Of a stretch of DNA of 64,000 nucleotides, positions 1-10,630 are shown one piece after another. The DNA comes from Flavobacteriaceae bacterium (GTDB lineage: Bacteria; Bacteroidota; Bacteroidia; Flavobacteriales; Flavobacteriaceae): assembly GCA_026988355.1 (NCBI GenBank), contig JALSLK010000118.1, forward strand, positions 4,709 through 68,708, read 5' to 3'. The position numbers and the translations under genes were made by a program. The notes beneath the pieces were generated by a model. It saw only the letters and a program-made list of their open reading frames with translations, made no database searches and was not told the origin of the DNA. Numbering within the stretch: the stretch's first letter is position 1; each line of letters starts with the position of its first letter.

Positions 1-413
1 TAGGCGTAATTACTAGTAGAGGTATCGTTGGAGTAACTACAAATGTTTCTTCAAAATATACACGAGTGATGTCTGTATTAAATGAAAATTCGAGAATCAA
101 TGCTCGTCTGATAAATAATACTCATTTTGGAACTATAACTTGGGATGGAAAAGACTATAATACATTGCAATTTGAAGACTTGCCAAGACAGGCAAATATA
201 AAATTAGGAGATACAATAATTACAGGAGGAAAATCTACAATCTTTCCTGAGGGAATTTTAATAGGTACGATTAATAAGTTTGAGATTGAAGATAATAAAT
301 ACAAAATAATAAATGTGTATTTATTTAATGACATGAGTGCAATAGGTCACGTAAATGTAATTATAAATTTAGATAAGCAAGAAATAAGAGCGTTAGAGAA
401 TAATAATGAATAA
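1..413 (+). CDS. mreC: rod shape-determining protein MreC, C-terminal part (gene starts upstream of the window)
   Basis: Frame 3 is open from base 3 (GVITSRGIVGVTTNVSSKYTRVMSVLNENS...), so the listed GTG at 66 is internal. It sits directly upstream of mreD/PBP2/rodA with an 8-bp overlap onto the next gene. This order is typical for mreC. Confidence 0.75.
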   Translation, partial: GVITSRGIVGVTTNVSSKYTRVMSVLNENSRINARLINNTHFGTITWDGKDYNTLQFEDLPRQANIKLGDTIITGGKSTIFPEGILIGTINKFEIEDNKYKIINVYLFNDMSAIGHVNVIINLDKQEIRALENNNE

Positions 414-912
414 TTCCATTTTTAAATATAGTATTCTATTTGTTTTTTTGATACTAATACAGGTATTAATTTTAAATAACGTTTACTTTTTGGGCTATAT
501 AAATCCTTTGGTGTATATACTGTTTATTTTTTTATATCCAATAAATAAAGAAAAAGGACTATTACTAATTATTAGTTTCCTTTTAGGGTTAAGCATTGAT
601 TTTTTTTCCAATTCTGGAGGTAGTAATGCTGCAGCAACTCTATTAATAGCCTATTTGCGATTGCCAATATTACATATCATACAAAATAAAACAGAATTTG
701 ATTATTTACTTTTTGATATTAAGAAATTAAATTTCCTTCAAATTTTAGTTTATATTTTTTCATTAACAATAATACACCATATTATCGTTTTTACATTAGA
801 GTATTATAAATTACAAGGAGTAACTCAAATTGCACTATCCTCATTTTTAACAAGTTTATTAACCACTTTGTTAATCGGATTTAGTATCGCATTATTTGTT
901 AAGAATAAATAG
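406..912 (+). CDS. mreD: rod shape-determining protein MreD (polytopic membrane protein)
   Basis: 168 aa, all hydrophobic helices. Located between mreC and PBP2, with a start overlapping the mreC stop. Confidence 0.7.
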   Translation: MNNSIFKYSILFVFLILIQVLILNNVYFLGYINPLVYILFIFLYPINKEKGLLLIISFLLGLSIDFFSNSGGSNAAATLLIAYLRLPILHIIQNKTEFDYLLFDIKKLNFLQILVYIFSLTIIHHIIVFTLEYYKLQGVTQIALSSFLTSLLTTLLIGFSIALFVKNK

Positions 913-917
913 AACAA

Positions 918-2798
918 ATGAAATCAAGAGGTTTTTTATTAATTTTTTTTACTGTATTAACAGGAATAGTATTTATTTCTAGACTTTTTTATTTACAAAT
1001 AATTTCAGACAAATATAAAAAAGAGGCAGATGAAATTGCAATCAAGAAAAAATTCACATTCCCAGAAAGAGGTTTTATTTATGATCGAAAAGGAGTTTTA
1101 CTAGTAGCAAACCAAGTATCGTATGATGTCATGATTATTCCAAGAGAAGTAAAACCTTTAGATACCATGCAATTTTGTAATTTATTAAAAATATCTAAAT
1201 CGGATTTTATTAAAAAGTACAATCGAGCAAAACGATATTCACCAAGATTAGCATCTGTATTTTTAAAACAATTAGCAAAAGATGATTATGCATACCTCCA
1301 AGAAAAAATGTATAAATTTAATGGGTTTTATATACAGAAACGTTCTATTAGAAATTATCCAATAAAATCTGCTGCGAATGTTTTAGGATATATTAGTGAA
1401 GTAAATAATAGTCTGTTAAAAAAAGATAAGTATTACCAACAAGGAGAGTTAATTGGTTTTAGTGGTGTTGAAAAGCAATATGAAAAAGATTTAAGAGGTG
1501 TAAAAGGAGTAAAGCGATTTCAAAAAGATAAATTTAATAAAATTATAGGATCTTATAAAAATGGAACTTTAGATACTTTACCAGTTGTTGGAAAAGATTT
1601 GACACTTACTTTAGATATAAAATTGCAAGAATACGGAGAAAAATTGATGAAGAATAAGCGAGGAGCTATTGTAGCAATAGAGCCTTCAACGGGAGAAATT
1701 TTAGCGTTAGTAACAGCACCAAGTTACGATCCAAATTTAATGGTAGGAAGAAGACGTTCTAAATATTCGACATTATTTATTAACGATAGTATTAATAAAC
1801 CCATGTTTGATCGCGGTTTAAAGGCACGATACGCACCAGGATCTCCATTTAAAATTGTAAATGCGTTAATAGCTTTACAAGAAGAAGTTATTACAACCAA
1901 TACAAGTTTTGTTTGTTCTGGTGGATATCGATATGGTAAGCGTACACATGCATTTATGAAATGTCATTGTGGGACGCATGGAAAAGTGAATTTTAATAGA
2001 GCAATTTTTAAATCGTGTAATGCTTATTTTTCAAATACTTATAGAAGAATTATTGAAAAACAAGATACACCAGAAAAAGGAATTGATAATTGGAGTATGC
2101 ACGTAAAGAGTTTTGGTTTAGGAAATTATTTAGGCGTAGATTTACCTGTTGGAGATAAAGGATTTATTCCAGATGGAGATTATTACAATCGATTTTATCC
2201 ATTTAAATGGAGAGCGGTAAGCACAATATCTAATGCGATTGGTCAAGGGCAGGTAGAGACCACTCCTATACAACTTGCAAATATGACTGCAGCACTAGCA
2301 AATAGAGGTTATTATTATACGCCACATATTGTGAAAAAAATAAAAGGAAAAATATTAGATAGTAAATTTACTCTTCGTAAATTAACCACCATAGATGCGC
2401 CATATTTTGAACCAGTTATCGAAGGTATGTATCAGGTTTTTGAAAGAGGAACAGGAAAAGCATCTAAAGTAAAAGGTTTAAAAATATGTGGAAAAACTGG
2501 AACAGTTCAAAATTATATTAGAAGAAATGGGCAAAAAATAGCATTAGCAGATCATTCTATTTTTATTGCTTTTGCACCAAAAGATAATCCGAAAATAGCT
2601 CTAGCCGTTTTTATAGAAAATGGTGGTTATGGATCACAATATGCCGCACCAATTACTTCTTTAATGATAGAAAAATACCTTTTTGGAAAAACAAAAAAAC
2701 CGTATCTCGAAAAAAGAATGCGTAGCGATACATTATTACAAAAAGAATATAGAAAAATATTAATACTTAGAGATACCATTGAGAAAATCAAACAGTAA
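918..2798 (+). CDS. mrdA: penicillin-binding protein 2 (elongasome transpeptidase)
   Basis: N-terminal membrane anchor. Transpeptidase motifs SxxK (GSPFK), SxN (SCN) and KTG (GKTGT). Lies in the mreCD-rodA context. Confidence 0.9.
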   Translation: MKSRGFLLIFFTVLTGIVFISRLFYLQIISDKYKKEADEIAIKKKFTFPERGFIYDRKGVLLVANQVSYDVMIIPREVKPLDTMQFCNLLKISKSDFIKKYNRAKRYSPRLASVFLKQLAKDDYAYLQEKMYKFNGFYIQKRSIRNYPIKSAANVLGYISEVNNSLLKKDKYYQQGELIGFSGVEKQYEKDLRGVKGVKRFQKDKFNKIIGSYKNGTLDTLPVVGKDLTLTLDIKLQEYGEKLMKNKRGAIVAIEPSTGEILALVTAPSYDPNLMVGRRRSKYSTLFINDSINKPMFDRGLKARYAPGSPFKIVNALIALQEEVITTNTSFVCSGGYRYGKRTHAFMKCHCGTHGKVNFNRAIFKSCNAYFSNTYRRIIEKQDTPEKGIDNWSMHVKSFGLGNYLGVDLPVGDKGFIPDGDYYNRFYPFKWRAVSTISNAIGQGQVETTPIQLANMTAALANRGYYYTPHIVKKIKGKILDSKFTLRKLTTIDAPYFEPVIEGMYQVFERGTGKASKVKGLKICGKTGTVQNYIRRNGQKIALADHSIFIAFAPKDNPKIALAVFIENGGYGSQYAAPITSLMIEKYLFGKTKKPYLEKRMRSDTLLQKEYRKILILRDTIEKIKQ

Positions 2799-4053
2799 TA
2801 TTATTGGCATAGATTGGAAATTGGTTTTTCTTTATCTAATTTTAGTTTTTATTGGCTGGATTAACATCTATTCTGCATCAAAAACAGACATTCATTTTGA
2901 AATTTTTGATTTCTCAACAAAATATGGAAGACAACTACTTTGGATTGGTTTTAGTTTTATTCTAATCGTAGTTATTCTTTTTGTTGATACCGAATTTTAC
3001 AAACAATTTTCAGGAATATTTTATCTAATATCCATGTTATCACTGCTAGGTTTATTTGTATTTGGTAAAAAAATTAATGGAGCGACATCTTGGTATGGTT
3101 TTGGTAATTTTAGTTTGCAACCTACCGAATTTGCTAAAATTGCCGTCTCTTTAGGTATTGCTAAATTAATTGGAGAAAAACAATTTGATTTACAGATAAT
3201 TAAAAACCAGTTAAAGGCATTTTTAATATTATTAATTCCTTCCGTATTAATAATATTACAGCCAGATCCAGGTTCTGCCTTAGTTTATTTAACTTTTTTC
3301 TTTGTTTTTTACCGAGAAGGTTTGCCTAGATATTATATAATTTTAGCAATGGTATTATTAATTTCATCTATTTTTACTATTAAATATGGATATATTATTA
3401 TGGAAATAGTAACACTTCTAATTTTTATTTCGTTTCTGGTATATACCTATAATTATAAAAAATATTTTTTTAGAAAATACTGGATCTATTACATTGCATT
3501 TTATTTGAGTTTTTTTATTTTTATAGTTGCGACATCTTATATTTATAATAATTTCTTACCGCAACGTCATGTAGACAGAATAAATTTAGCATTAAATATT
3601 GTTAAAGATACTAAAGGGAAAGGGTATAATATAAAACAATCTGAAATTGCGATTGGTTCTGGTGGGTTTTTAGGGAAAGGCTATTTAGAAGGAACGCAAA
3701 CAAAAGGCGATTTTGTACCAGAACAACATACCGATTTTATTTTTAGTACGGTTGGAGAAGAGTGGGGATTTTTAGGAAGTACCATTGTAATAGTTCTATT
3801 TATGGTATTTATACTTCGAATAATACAAATAGCAGAAACTCAGAAATCAAAATTTAGTAGGATCTATGGCTATAGTATTGCGTCGATATTTTTTATTCAT
3901 TTTACCATAAATATAGGAATGGTAATTGGTATTGTACCAACAATTGGTATACCGTTGCCTTTTTTTAGTTATGGAGGTTCTTCACTTTGGGCATTTACTA
4001 TTTTATTATTTATCTTTATCAGATTGGATGCCAATAAAAGTAATGAATGGTAA
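2779..4053 (+). CDS. rodA: peptidoglycan glycosyltransferase RodA (FtsW/RodA/SpoVE family)
   Basis: Polytopic membrane protein with the SEDS signature PEQHTDFIFSTVGEEWGF. TTG start overlaps the PBP2 end by 20 bp; the exact start is uncertain. Confidence 0.88.
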   Translation: MRKSNSNIIGIDWKLVFLYLILVFIGWINIYSASKTDIHFEIFDFSTKYGRQLLWIGFSFILIVVILFVDTEFYKQFSGIFYLISMLSLLGLFVFGKKINGATSWYGFGNFSLQPTEFAKIAVSLGIAKLIGEKQFDLQIIKNQLKAFLILLIPSVLIILQPDPGSALVYLTFFFVFYREGLPRYYIILAMVLLISSIFTIKYGYIIMEIVTLLIFISFLVYTYNYKKYFFRKYWIYYIAFYLSFFIFIVATSYIYNNFLPQRHVDRINLALNIVKDTKGKGYNIKQSEIAIGSGGFLGKGYLEGTQTKGDFVPEQHTDFIFSTVGEEWGFLGSTIVIVLFMVFILRIIQIAETQKSKFSRIYGYSIASIFFIHFTINIGMVIGIVPTIGIPLPFFSYGGSSLWAFTILLFIFIRLDANKSNEW

Positions 4054-4119
4054 TTTTAGACGTCAAAAAGAGAACTTTAAATATATAGAGGCAAAAGAAC
4101 TAATCGAAAAGTTGAAAAA

Positions 4120-4497
4120 TTAATAATTTTCGCCAGCTAATTCCTTTAGAACAGTTACAAAAGCTCTAATATCAATAACATTCATTTTGTTAGAAATATC
4201 AGACATGTTCGATAATAAATAATCTAAACTTTCGACAGGATTTATTTCGGTTTCTAGTTTTTCTACATCTTCAAAACCTTCGATAGGTTCGTCATCAGGA
4301 ATAGCAATATTAAAGGTTTCATTGGATTCAATGTGTTGAAAAGTTAAACGAATAGCTTTGGCTAAAAGAGGTTGGTTTTCAGCAACGACCATAACTCTAA
4401 GATCTTTTAAATCGGAAACAATGTTTTGTGAAATACCGTTTTTAGCAATCTCGGCTTTAATTTTATCTATTAATTTGTAATATTTTGAATTTGTCAA
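4120..4497 (-). CDS. hypothetical protein (acidic, 125 aa)
   Basis: Clean ORF convergent with rodA. No motif recognised. Confidence 0.5.
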   Translation of the reverse strand: MTNSKYYKLIDKIKAEIAKNGISQNIVSDLKDLRVMVVAENQPLLAKAIRLTFQHIESNETFNIAIPDDEPIEGFEDVEKLETEINPVESLDYLLSNMSDISNKMNVIDIRAFVTVLKELAGENY

Positions 4498-4613
4498 GGC
4501 TTTCTTTTTTGAAAATTGAATTGCAAATATACTTAAAAAGTATAATAATTTTTGTGTAAATGAATTTTATATAAAAATTAACTAAAATTTACAAAGAAAT
4601 CATTTTTTGGTAG

Positions 4614-4621
4614 TATTTTTG
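4614..4621 (+). promoter_or_regulatory. candidate Bacteroidota -7 promoter box TATTTTTG upstream of the AsmA-like gene
   Basis: Matches TAnnTTTG, 42 nt upstream of the ATG at 4664. This is an AT-rich context, so chance matches are plausible. Confidence 0.3.
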
Positions 4622-4663
4622 AAGTCATAGTAATATAGTATCATATATAAGTGAAAAAGAATA

Positions 4664-7309
4664 ATGAAAATAATAAAAAGAATATTTTGGGTAGTGATTC
4701 TTTTAATAGGAGTAATTGTAACTCTTGTTTTTTTCTATAAAGAAAGATTAATAAAAGATTTTGTAGCAAATTATAATAAAAATTTGAACGTTGTAATTGC
4801 TTATAACGATGTAGATTTAAGTTTGTTTAAGCGATTCCCACATGCAAACATCACCATAAGTGATTTGCGCATTGTTAATAAAGAACCTTTAAAAAACGAC
4901 ACCATGTTTTATGCCAAAAAGGTGTATTTAGCAATGAATATAGAAGAATTATTTAAAAAAAGCAATGAAAAAATAACAATAAAAGACATCCAAATTGATC
5001 GTGCTAAATTAAATTTATGGGTAGATAAAAATGGGTTATCAAACTACGACATTCATACAATAAATACATCAAAAAATAAATTAGAAAACGAATCAAAAAA
5101 TAATAATTTTAAGTTTAATATTAATGAATACGAATTGATAAATTCGGATATTACATACAATAATAAACAAAGTGAAATTTTAATTGATTTGAAAAATGTG
5201 AACCATAAAGGAAGCGGAGACTTTTCTGCTTCCAAAATGGATTTAAAAACAAAAACAACAGCAAAAGAATTTACGGTAAAAGCAGGAAAGGTTGCTTATT
5301 TGAATAAAACAAAAATAGATCTAGATGCGGTTTTAGGAATAGACTTTAACGAACTTAAATTTACACTAAAAGACAATAAAATAAAACTAAACGATTTAAA
5401 CTTAGTATTTGATGGATTTATAGATATAAATGATACCAATCAAGAATACGATATAACATTCCATTCGCCAAAGGCAAATTTTAAGAGCGTATTGTCTTTA
5501 GTGCCAAGTGCTTATTCGAGTAGTTTTAACGGAGTAACTGCAAGTGGGATTGCAGATGTAAGAGGAGAAGTGAACGGATTTAATTCAGCAACAGCATTTC
5601 CAAAATACAACATACACATTAAAACAGATAATGCATCTTTTAAATATCCAGATTTACCAAAAGTAGTAAAAAATATAAGTTTTGATGGAGCAATAGTAAA
5701 CACAACAGAAAAAAACAATGTATTTTTAGATGTAAAAAAATTAAAGTTTACAATCGATAAAGATACCTTTGAAACAAAAGGAAAAATTACGAATCTAGTA
5801 AATAACCCAACAATAGATGCTGTTTTTAAAGGAACACTAAATTTAGAGAATTTAACACAAGCCTATCCGATAAAATTAGATAAAAAATTAACAGGAATTT
5901 TAAAAGCAGATTTTGCAACGCGTACAAATAAACAAGCAATAGAAAAAAATAAGTTTGAAGAAATTAAAGCAAATGGAACTGCTAGTCTAGAACAATTTTC
6001 ATACAATGGTAAAGATGTAGCAAATCCCATTTATATAAAAAATGCAAGTATAAAATTTAATGAACGAAATATATTACTAACAGATTTTGATGCAAAAACA
6101 GGAAAAAGTGATCTAAAAGCAACAGGAGAAATTGATAATATGTACGCTTTTCTATTTGATGATAAAAATCTGAAAGGAAATTTTAAAGTAACATCAAATA
6201 ATTTTATCGTTAGTGATTTTTTAGTAGATGAAAACAAAACGACACCAAGTAAAACTAAAAAAACACAAGAAATTGAAGCACTAAAAATCCCAAAATTTTT
6301 AGATGTAGTTTCTCAGATGACAGCAAAAAAAGTAATTTATGATAATTTAGTTTTAGAAAATGTTAGTGGAACAATGAAACTAAAAGACCAAAAGGCAATC
6401 TTAACAAATACAAAAGCAAAGATGTTAGGAGGAAAAATAGCATTTAACGGAAATATAGATACAAAAAACACACCATCGCATTTTGATTTGAACCTAAAAG
6501 TAGAAGAATTTGATATTGCAAATTCGTTTCAAACATTAGAGACATTTCAAAAATTAGTACCAATAGCAAAGACATTAAAAGGAAAATACAATACAAGTTT
6601 TAATATAAAAGGAAACTTAAATAATGATTTTTCGCCAAATATAGCTTCCGTATCAGGAGATGCAATTGCACAATTATTAGTAAATAATTTAAACAATACG
6701 TCGTTGCCTTTACTCAATGAATTGACTTCCAGTTTAAAATTTATAGATTTAAAAGATGTAAATTTGAGTAAATTAAAAACAGCAATAACATTTAAAAACG
6801 GAAATGTCGTAGTAAAACCATTCGATTTAAAATATAAAGATATGGTATTGCGCATTTCAGGATCACATGGATTCGATAAAAGCCTAAAGTATAATTTAAC
6901 GATGGATGTACCAGCAAAATATTTAGGAACCGAAGCAGTTAACTTGTTGTCAAAATTAACAAATAACAATAAAGACACGATAAAAATACCTTTGTCGACC
7001 AGTATTAATGGAACAATTTTAAAACCACAAGTACAAGTTAATTTTAAACAAGCAATCAATAAATTGGCAATAAAAGTAGTTAAATACCAAAAACAAGAAT
7101 TACAAAATCAAGTAACAGGTAAAGTAACAGACGCCATAGGAGACATTCTTTCAAACAATGGAATAGACTCCATATTACCAGTATCTAAAGATTCAACCAA
7201 AAATCCAGTTAAAGATATTCTTAATGGAGGAATTAATGACGCAATAAACGGCATTTTTGGAAAGAAAAAGAAGAAGAAAAAAAAAGAGAATCAAATGCAG
7301 TTTGAATAA
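4664..7309 (+). CDS. AsmA-family protein (large envelope-spanning, beta-rich, N-terminal membrane anchor)
   Basis: 881 aa with a single N-terminal TM helix (IFWVVILLIGVIVTLVFF). The body is long, repetitive and Asn/Lys/Thr-rich, like AsmA/TamB-type proteins. Lys-rich C-terminal tail. Family call is from overall architecture, not a search. Confidence 0.65.
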   Translation: MKIIKRIFWVVILLIGVIVTLVFFYKERLIKDFVANYNKNLNVVIAYNDVDLSLFKRFPHANITISDLRIVNKEPLKNDTMFYAKKVYLAMNIEELFKKSNEKITIKDIQIDRAKLNLWVDKNGLSNYDIHTINTSKNKLENESKNNNFKFNINEYELINSDITYNNKQSEILIDLKNVNHKGSGDFSASKMDLKTKTTAKEFTVKAGKVAYLNKTKIDLDAVLGIDFNELKFTLKDNKIKLNDLNLVFDGFIDINDTNQEYDITFHSPKANFKSVLSLVPSAYSSSFNGVTASGIADVRGEVNGFNSATAFPKYNIHIKTDNASFKYPDLPKVVKNISFDGAIVNTTEKNNVFLDVKKLKFTIDKDTFETKGKITNLVNNPTIDAVFKGTLNLENLTQAYPIKLDKKLTGILKADFATRTNKQAIEKNKFEEIKANGTASLEQFSYNGKDVANPIYIKNASIKFNERNILLTDFDAKTGKSDLKATGEIDNMYAFLFDDKNLKGNFKVTSNNFIVSDFLVDENKTTPSKTKKTQEIEALKIPKFLDVVSQMTAKKVIYDNLVLENVSGTMKLKDQKAILTNTKAKMLGGKIAFNGNIDTKNTPSHFDLNLKVEEFDIANSFQTLETFQKLVPIAKTLKGKYNTSFNIKGNLNNDFSPNIASVSGDAIAQLLVNNLNNTSLPLLNELTSSLKFIDLKDVNLSKLKTAITFKNGNVVVKPFDLKYKDMVLRISGSHGFDKSLKYNLTMDVPAKYLGTEAVNLLSKLTNNNKDTIKIPLSTSINGTILKPQVQVNFKQAINKLAIKVVKYQKQELQNQVTGKVTDAIGDILSNNGIDSILPVSKDSTKNPVKDILNGGINDAINGIFGKKKKKKKKENQMQFE

Positions 7310-7320
7310 ATAAAAGTAAA

Positions 7321-8379
7321 ATGAGTTTAGAAAATTATATTGTAACACCACTAGATAGTGCCATTTTAGATTCCAAAGAACAGTATGCATTTTATTTTAA
7401 AATTGTAGATCACTCATTTAATCAGTTAATAAAGAGTATCATAAAAAATGAAATTTGTAATGAACAAGAAACTGTATTTTTTAGACAATATACCGAACTA
7501 TTAATCTATTCCATAGAAGCATTACGTGTAAAGTATTTATTTAATGAAGAAGATAAAATGAAAATAGATCTTACCGAATCAGGATTTCCAAATTATATGG
7601 AATTTCGTTATTTGGTAAATGATTTGTCTTTAAAAAATGAATATTTACAAAAACTACCAAAAGTAGCAGAATTAAAAAAAGAAATCTTAGAAACTTTATT
7701 TAAAGATAAAGAACCAGTAAGTAAAGTAAAGTTACATCAAGCAGCGTCGATAATTTATTACACAACAATAGATAAACGCTTTATCTTTAAACGATTTATA
7801 CAAGGAAAAATAATCCAAACAAAAGAACATAACGCTCAATTTTTAGTAAGTTGGAGTTTTTACGATATTACCTATAATCGGCCGTTTATATGTTTTTTAT
7901 ATTTTGACTATGAAGGAAAAGATATTTTAGATTACAAAACAAAAATATACGAAACACTTAAAATCGCAGCAGATAGAAGTATTAATATGGATACCATTGC
8001 GTATTTAATAGATAAAAAATTACCAAAAGTTCACCCAAAAAGATTAAAAAAAATAGATGTAGGACCCTTACATAATATTTTTGCAAAAGATGAAAATATC
8101 CTAACGCATACTATACTAGAAAATATATCAAATAAAAGTTTAGATATGAATGCATTTTGTTTATCATTAACAATCGAAGAAACGTATAGTAAAGGAACAT
8201 TTAAAGAAGGTTCTTTTTTAAACAAGCAAGAATTACAAATATGGGAAATTGAAAAACAAAAAAAATATTTGTTTACTTCGCATAGAGTACTACAATTATT
8301 GTACGATAAAATTCCAGAAGCAATTAACATATTAACAGCAGCACCATTTGTAGTCGAAAGAATAAAAGAGAGTAAATAA
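7321..8379 (+). CDS. hypothetical protein (352 aa, no signal peptide or TM)
   Basis: Long clean ORF, 11 nt after the AsmA-like gene and 16 nt before a glycosyltransferase. No motif recognised. Confidence 0.6.
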   Translation: MSLENYIVTPLDSAILDSKEQYAFYFKIVDHSFNQLIKSIIKNEICNEQETVFFRQYTELLIYSIEALRVKYLFNEEDKMKIDLTESGFPNYMEFRYLVNDLSLKNEYLQKLPKVAELKKEILETLFKDKEPVSKVKLHQAASIIYYTTIDKRFIFKRFIQGKIIQTKEHNAQFLVSWSFYDITYNRPFICFLYFDYEGKDILDYKTKIYETLKIAADRSINMDTIAYLIDKKLPKVHPKRLKKIDVGPLHNIFAKDENILTHTILENISNKSLDMNAFCLSLTIEETYSKGTFKEGSFLNKQELQIWEIEKQKKYLFTSHRVLQLLYDKIPEAINILTAAPFVVERIKESK

Positions 8380-8395
8380 AAAATAAAAAAAGAAA

Positions 8396-9631
8396 ATGAA
8401 TATTAGTATTGTAGTACAACGATATGGAGAAAATATCAATGGAGGAGCAGAATTACACGCTCGACTATTAGCTAATAAACTATCCAAAAAACATACGATT
8501 ACAGTTTTAACAACAAAAGCGATAAACTGTGACCATTGGAAAAATGAAATAGAAAAAGATAAAGAAACTATTGATGGAATAGAAGTATTGCGTTTTAAAT
8601 CAGAATTAAAAAAACACGCTAAATTTCGTAAAGTAAGAAGGCGAGTTTTAAAAAAAACAAAATTTCAAAAAATAGTAAAAAAAATAGGACTATATGAAAC
8701 ATTAGACTCAAAAGGAATGTTTAAAACTACAGCCGAAGATTTTAAAAAATGGCTAAAATATCAAGGACCATACTGTAGTTCCTTAATAGAATATATAAAA
8801 AAGAATAAAGATAAATACGATATATTTCTGTTTTTTACATATTTATATTATCCAACAAATGTAGGTTTGCCATTGGTAGCAGAAAAAAGCCTTTTAATAC
8901 CAACAGCACACGATGAAGAAGCATTTTATATAAAAGGCTACAATACCCTTTTTGAGAACTCAAGATTTATAATGTACAATAGCACAAGTGAAAAAATGTT
9001 GGTAGAAAGTACTTATCCAAATTCAAAAAAAATTAAAAATGAAATAGCAGGTGTAGGAATTGATAATTTTGAAGTACAGAAAAAAACTCTTTCAGTACCT
9101 TACGAATATATTATTTATATCGGTAGAATTGATAAAGCAAAAAATGCAGACGAATTAATAGACTGGTTTACCAAATACAATAAGAAATTAACAACAAAAA
9201 TGAAATTGGTATTAGTAGGCAGTAATATTTCGAAACTTAAAGGAAACGAACACGTTATTTTTACAGGATTTATTTCGGAAGAAGAAAAATACAATTGGTT
9301 AAATACAGCAAAAGCATTAGTAATACCATCGTTACATGAAAGTTTATCTATGGTAACCTTAGAGGCAATGAAGCAAGGTATACCAGTAATAGCAAATGCC
9401 AATTGCAAAGTCTTAAATGAGCATATAAAACAAAGTAAAGCAGGAAAATCGTACTTTAATTATAATGAATTTAGAAACATAATGGACGATCTTAATAGTT
9501 TAAGTAAAAACGAAAGAAAGCAAATGGCAGAAAATGGAAAAGCGTATGTAAATAAATATTACCAATGGAGCGGAATATTAGAAAAATTTGAGACGGCTTT
9601 TAAGACAATTATAACCAAACAGATAAAATAA
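8396..9631 (+). CDS. glycosyltransferase, GT4-like (GT-B fold, glycosyl transferases group 1)
   Basis: N-terminal GGAELH-type motif. C-terminal E-x7-E motif (ESLSMVTLEAMKQGIPVIA). Confidence 0.8.
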   Translation: MNISIVVQRYGENINGGAELHARLLANKLSKKHTITVLTTKAINCDHWKNEIEKDKETIDGIEVLRFKSELKKHAKFRKVRRRVLKKTKFQKIVKKIGLYETLDSKGMFKTTAEDFKKWLKYQGPYCSSLIEYIKKNKDKYDIFLFFTYLYYPTNVGLPLVAEKSLLIPTAHDEEAFYIKGYNTLFENSRFIMYNSTSEKMLVESTYPNSKKIKNEIAGVGIDNFEVQKKTLSVPYEYIIYIGRIDKAKNADELIDWFTKYNKKLTTKMKLVLVGSNISKLKGNEHVIFTGFISEEEKYNWLNTAKALVIPSLHESLSMVTLEAMKQGIPVIANANCKVLNEHIKQSKAGKSYFNYNEFRNIMDDLNSLSKNERKQMAENGKAYVNKYYQWSGILEKFETAFKTIITKQIK

Positions 9632-9645
9632 TAATTGTGTAGAAG

Positions 9646-10521
9646 ATGTATAAAATTAAAAAAGAGAATTGGTGTAGCAAAAGGTGTAAATATAAATTAG
9701 CAGGAGTCTTCTCTAAAAAAATACATAGAGAAAAGAAACCAATTTGCACTAGATTTAAAGTGAATTCATTTTCTTCAAATGAAAACTTTCCAACAATAGA
9801 GGAAAAATGGAATGAAATTTTTAAAGCTAATTTTGAAAAGATAGAACTACCAAATAAATCTGTAAATGGATTAGTAATTGTAGAAAATAGATGCGATGAA
9901 AGATTAGAATTTGTCATTAAAAATATTATTTATTATGTTCCCAATTGGAAATTACACATTTACCATTCGGAAAAAAATAAAACGTATATTCAAAAAATTT
10001 TAGGGAAACAAGCAGAAAATGTAGTTTTACATAATTTAGAGCACGATATACAAACAAATCAAGATTATAATAAGGTTTTATTAGATGTTAATTTTTGGAC
10101 GAAACTTATGGAGCACGAAAGAGTATTAATATTTCAGACAGATACCATAATGTTGCGGTCTGGAATCGAAAAATTTTTAAAATACGATTACATAGGAGCT
10201 CCATGGGAATGGTGGTTTAAAGACTTTAAAACCTACAATAGAATGGGAGGAAATGGCGGATTTTCATTGCGAAATGTTTCAAAAATGATTGAAACCATAC
10301 AGAAATATAAAGGCGTAGAAAAAGTACAAATGCGAGATTATCAAAACGAAGATGTTTTTTTTTCATACCATCTGTTTAAAGATAAAAAAGCACTATTGCC
10401 AAATTGGAATGATGCAATGTTGTTTTCATCAGAAGTTATGCTTTGTGCGAAAACCTTAGCAGTACATCAAGCATGGAGATTTCATGAAAAATATATGCCA
10501 AAGTTTACATTAAAAAAATAG
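9646..10521 (+). CDS. DUF5672-like protein (putative sugar/nucleotide-sugar transferase-like)
   Basis: Contains IFQTDT...YDYIGAPW...GGNGGFSLRN, which I recognise as the DUF5672 signature. The N-terminal 40 aa are odd, so the start is uncertain. Confidence 0.55.
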   Translation: MYKIKKENWCSKRCKYKLAGVFSKKIHREKKPICTRFKVNSFSSNENFPTIEEKWNEIFKANFEKIELPNKSVNGLVIVENRCDERLEFVIKNIIYYVPNWKLHIYHSEKNKTYIQKILGKQAENVVLHNLEHDIQTNQDYNKVLLDVNFWTKLMEHERVLIFQTDTIMLRSGIEKFLKYDYIGAPWEWWFKDFKTYNRMGGNGGFSLRNVSKMIETIQKYKGVEKVQMRDYQNEDVFFSYHLFKDKKALLPNWNDAMLFSSEVMLCAKTLAVHQAWRFHEKYMPKFTLKK

Positions 10522-10630
10522 AAGGATAAATAACAAAAAATCGAAACTCTAAAAAAAAACAGAGATAAATCTATCTTTGGCAAAATTAATTCACTAAAAT
10601 GTATTGTGAGAAAAAAAACGTTTAATAGCA

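Noticed and set aside
3926-4123. 65-aa plus-strand ORF overlapping the 3' end of rodA
   Set aside because: It is an alternative frame of the rodA C-terminus that runs into the intergenic region. There is no independent support.
6547-7059. 170-aa minus-strand ORF inside the AsmA-like gene (also the smaller ones at 5053-5235, 5512-5718 and 6031-6237)
   Set aside because: It lies antisense within a long, coherent coding region. The composition is Phe/Leu/Lys-rich and low in complexity, as expected from reading AT-rich codons backwards. It is a shadow ORF.
7277-7285. A9 homopolymer near the 3' end of the AsmA-like gene (poly-Lys tail), considered as a phase-variation tract
   Set aside because: Slippage would change only the last ~10 residues. 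A/T runs of this length are common in this AT-rich sequence.
9609-9917. 102-aa minus-strand ORF spanning the GT4/DUF5672 junction
   Set aside because: It lies antisense to two plus-strand genes, is low in complexity, and has no promoter-like context.
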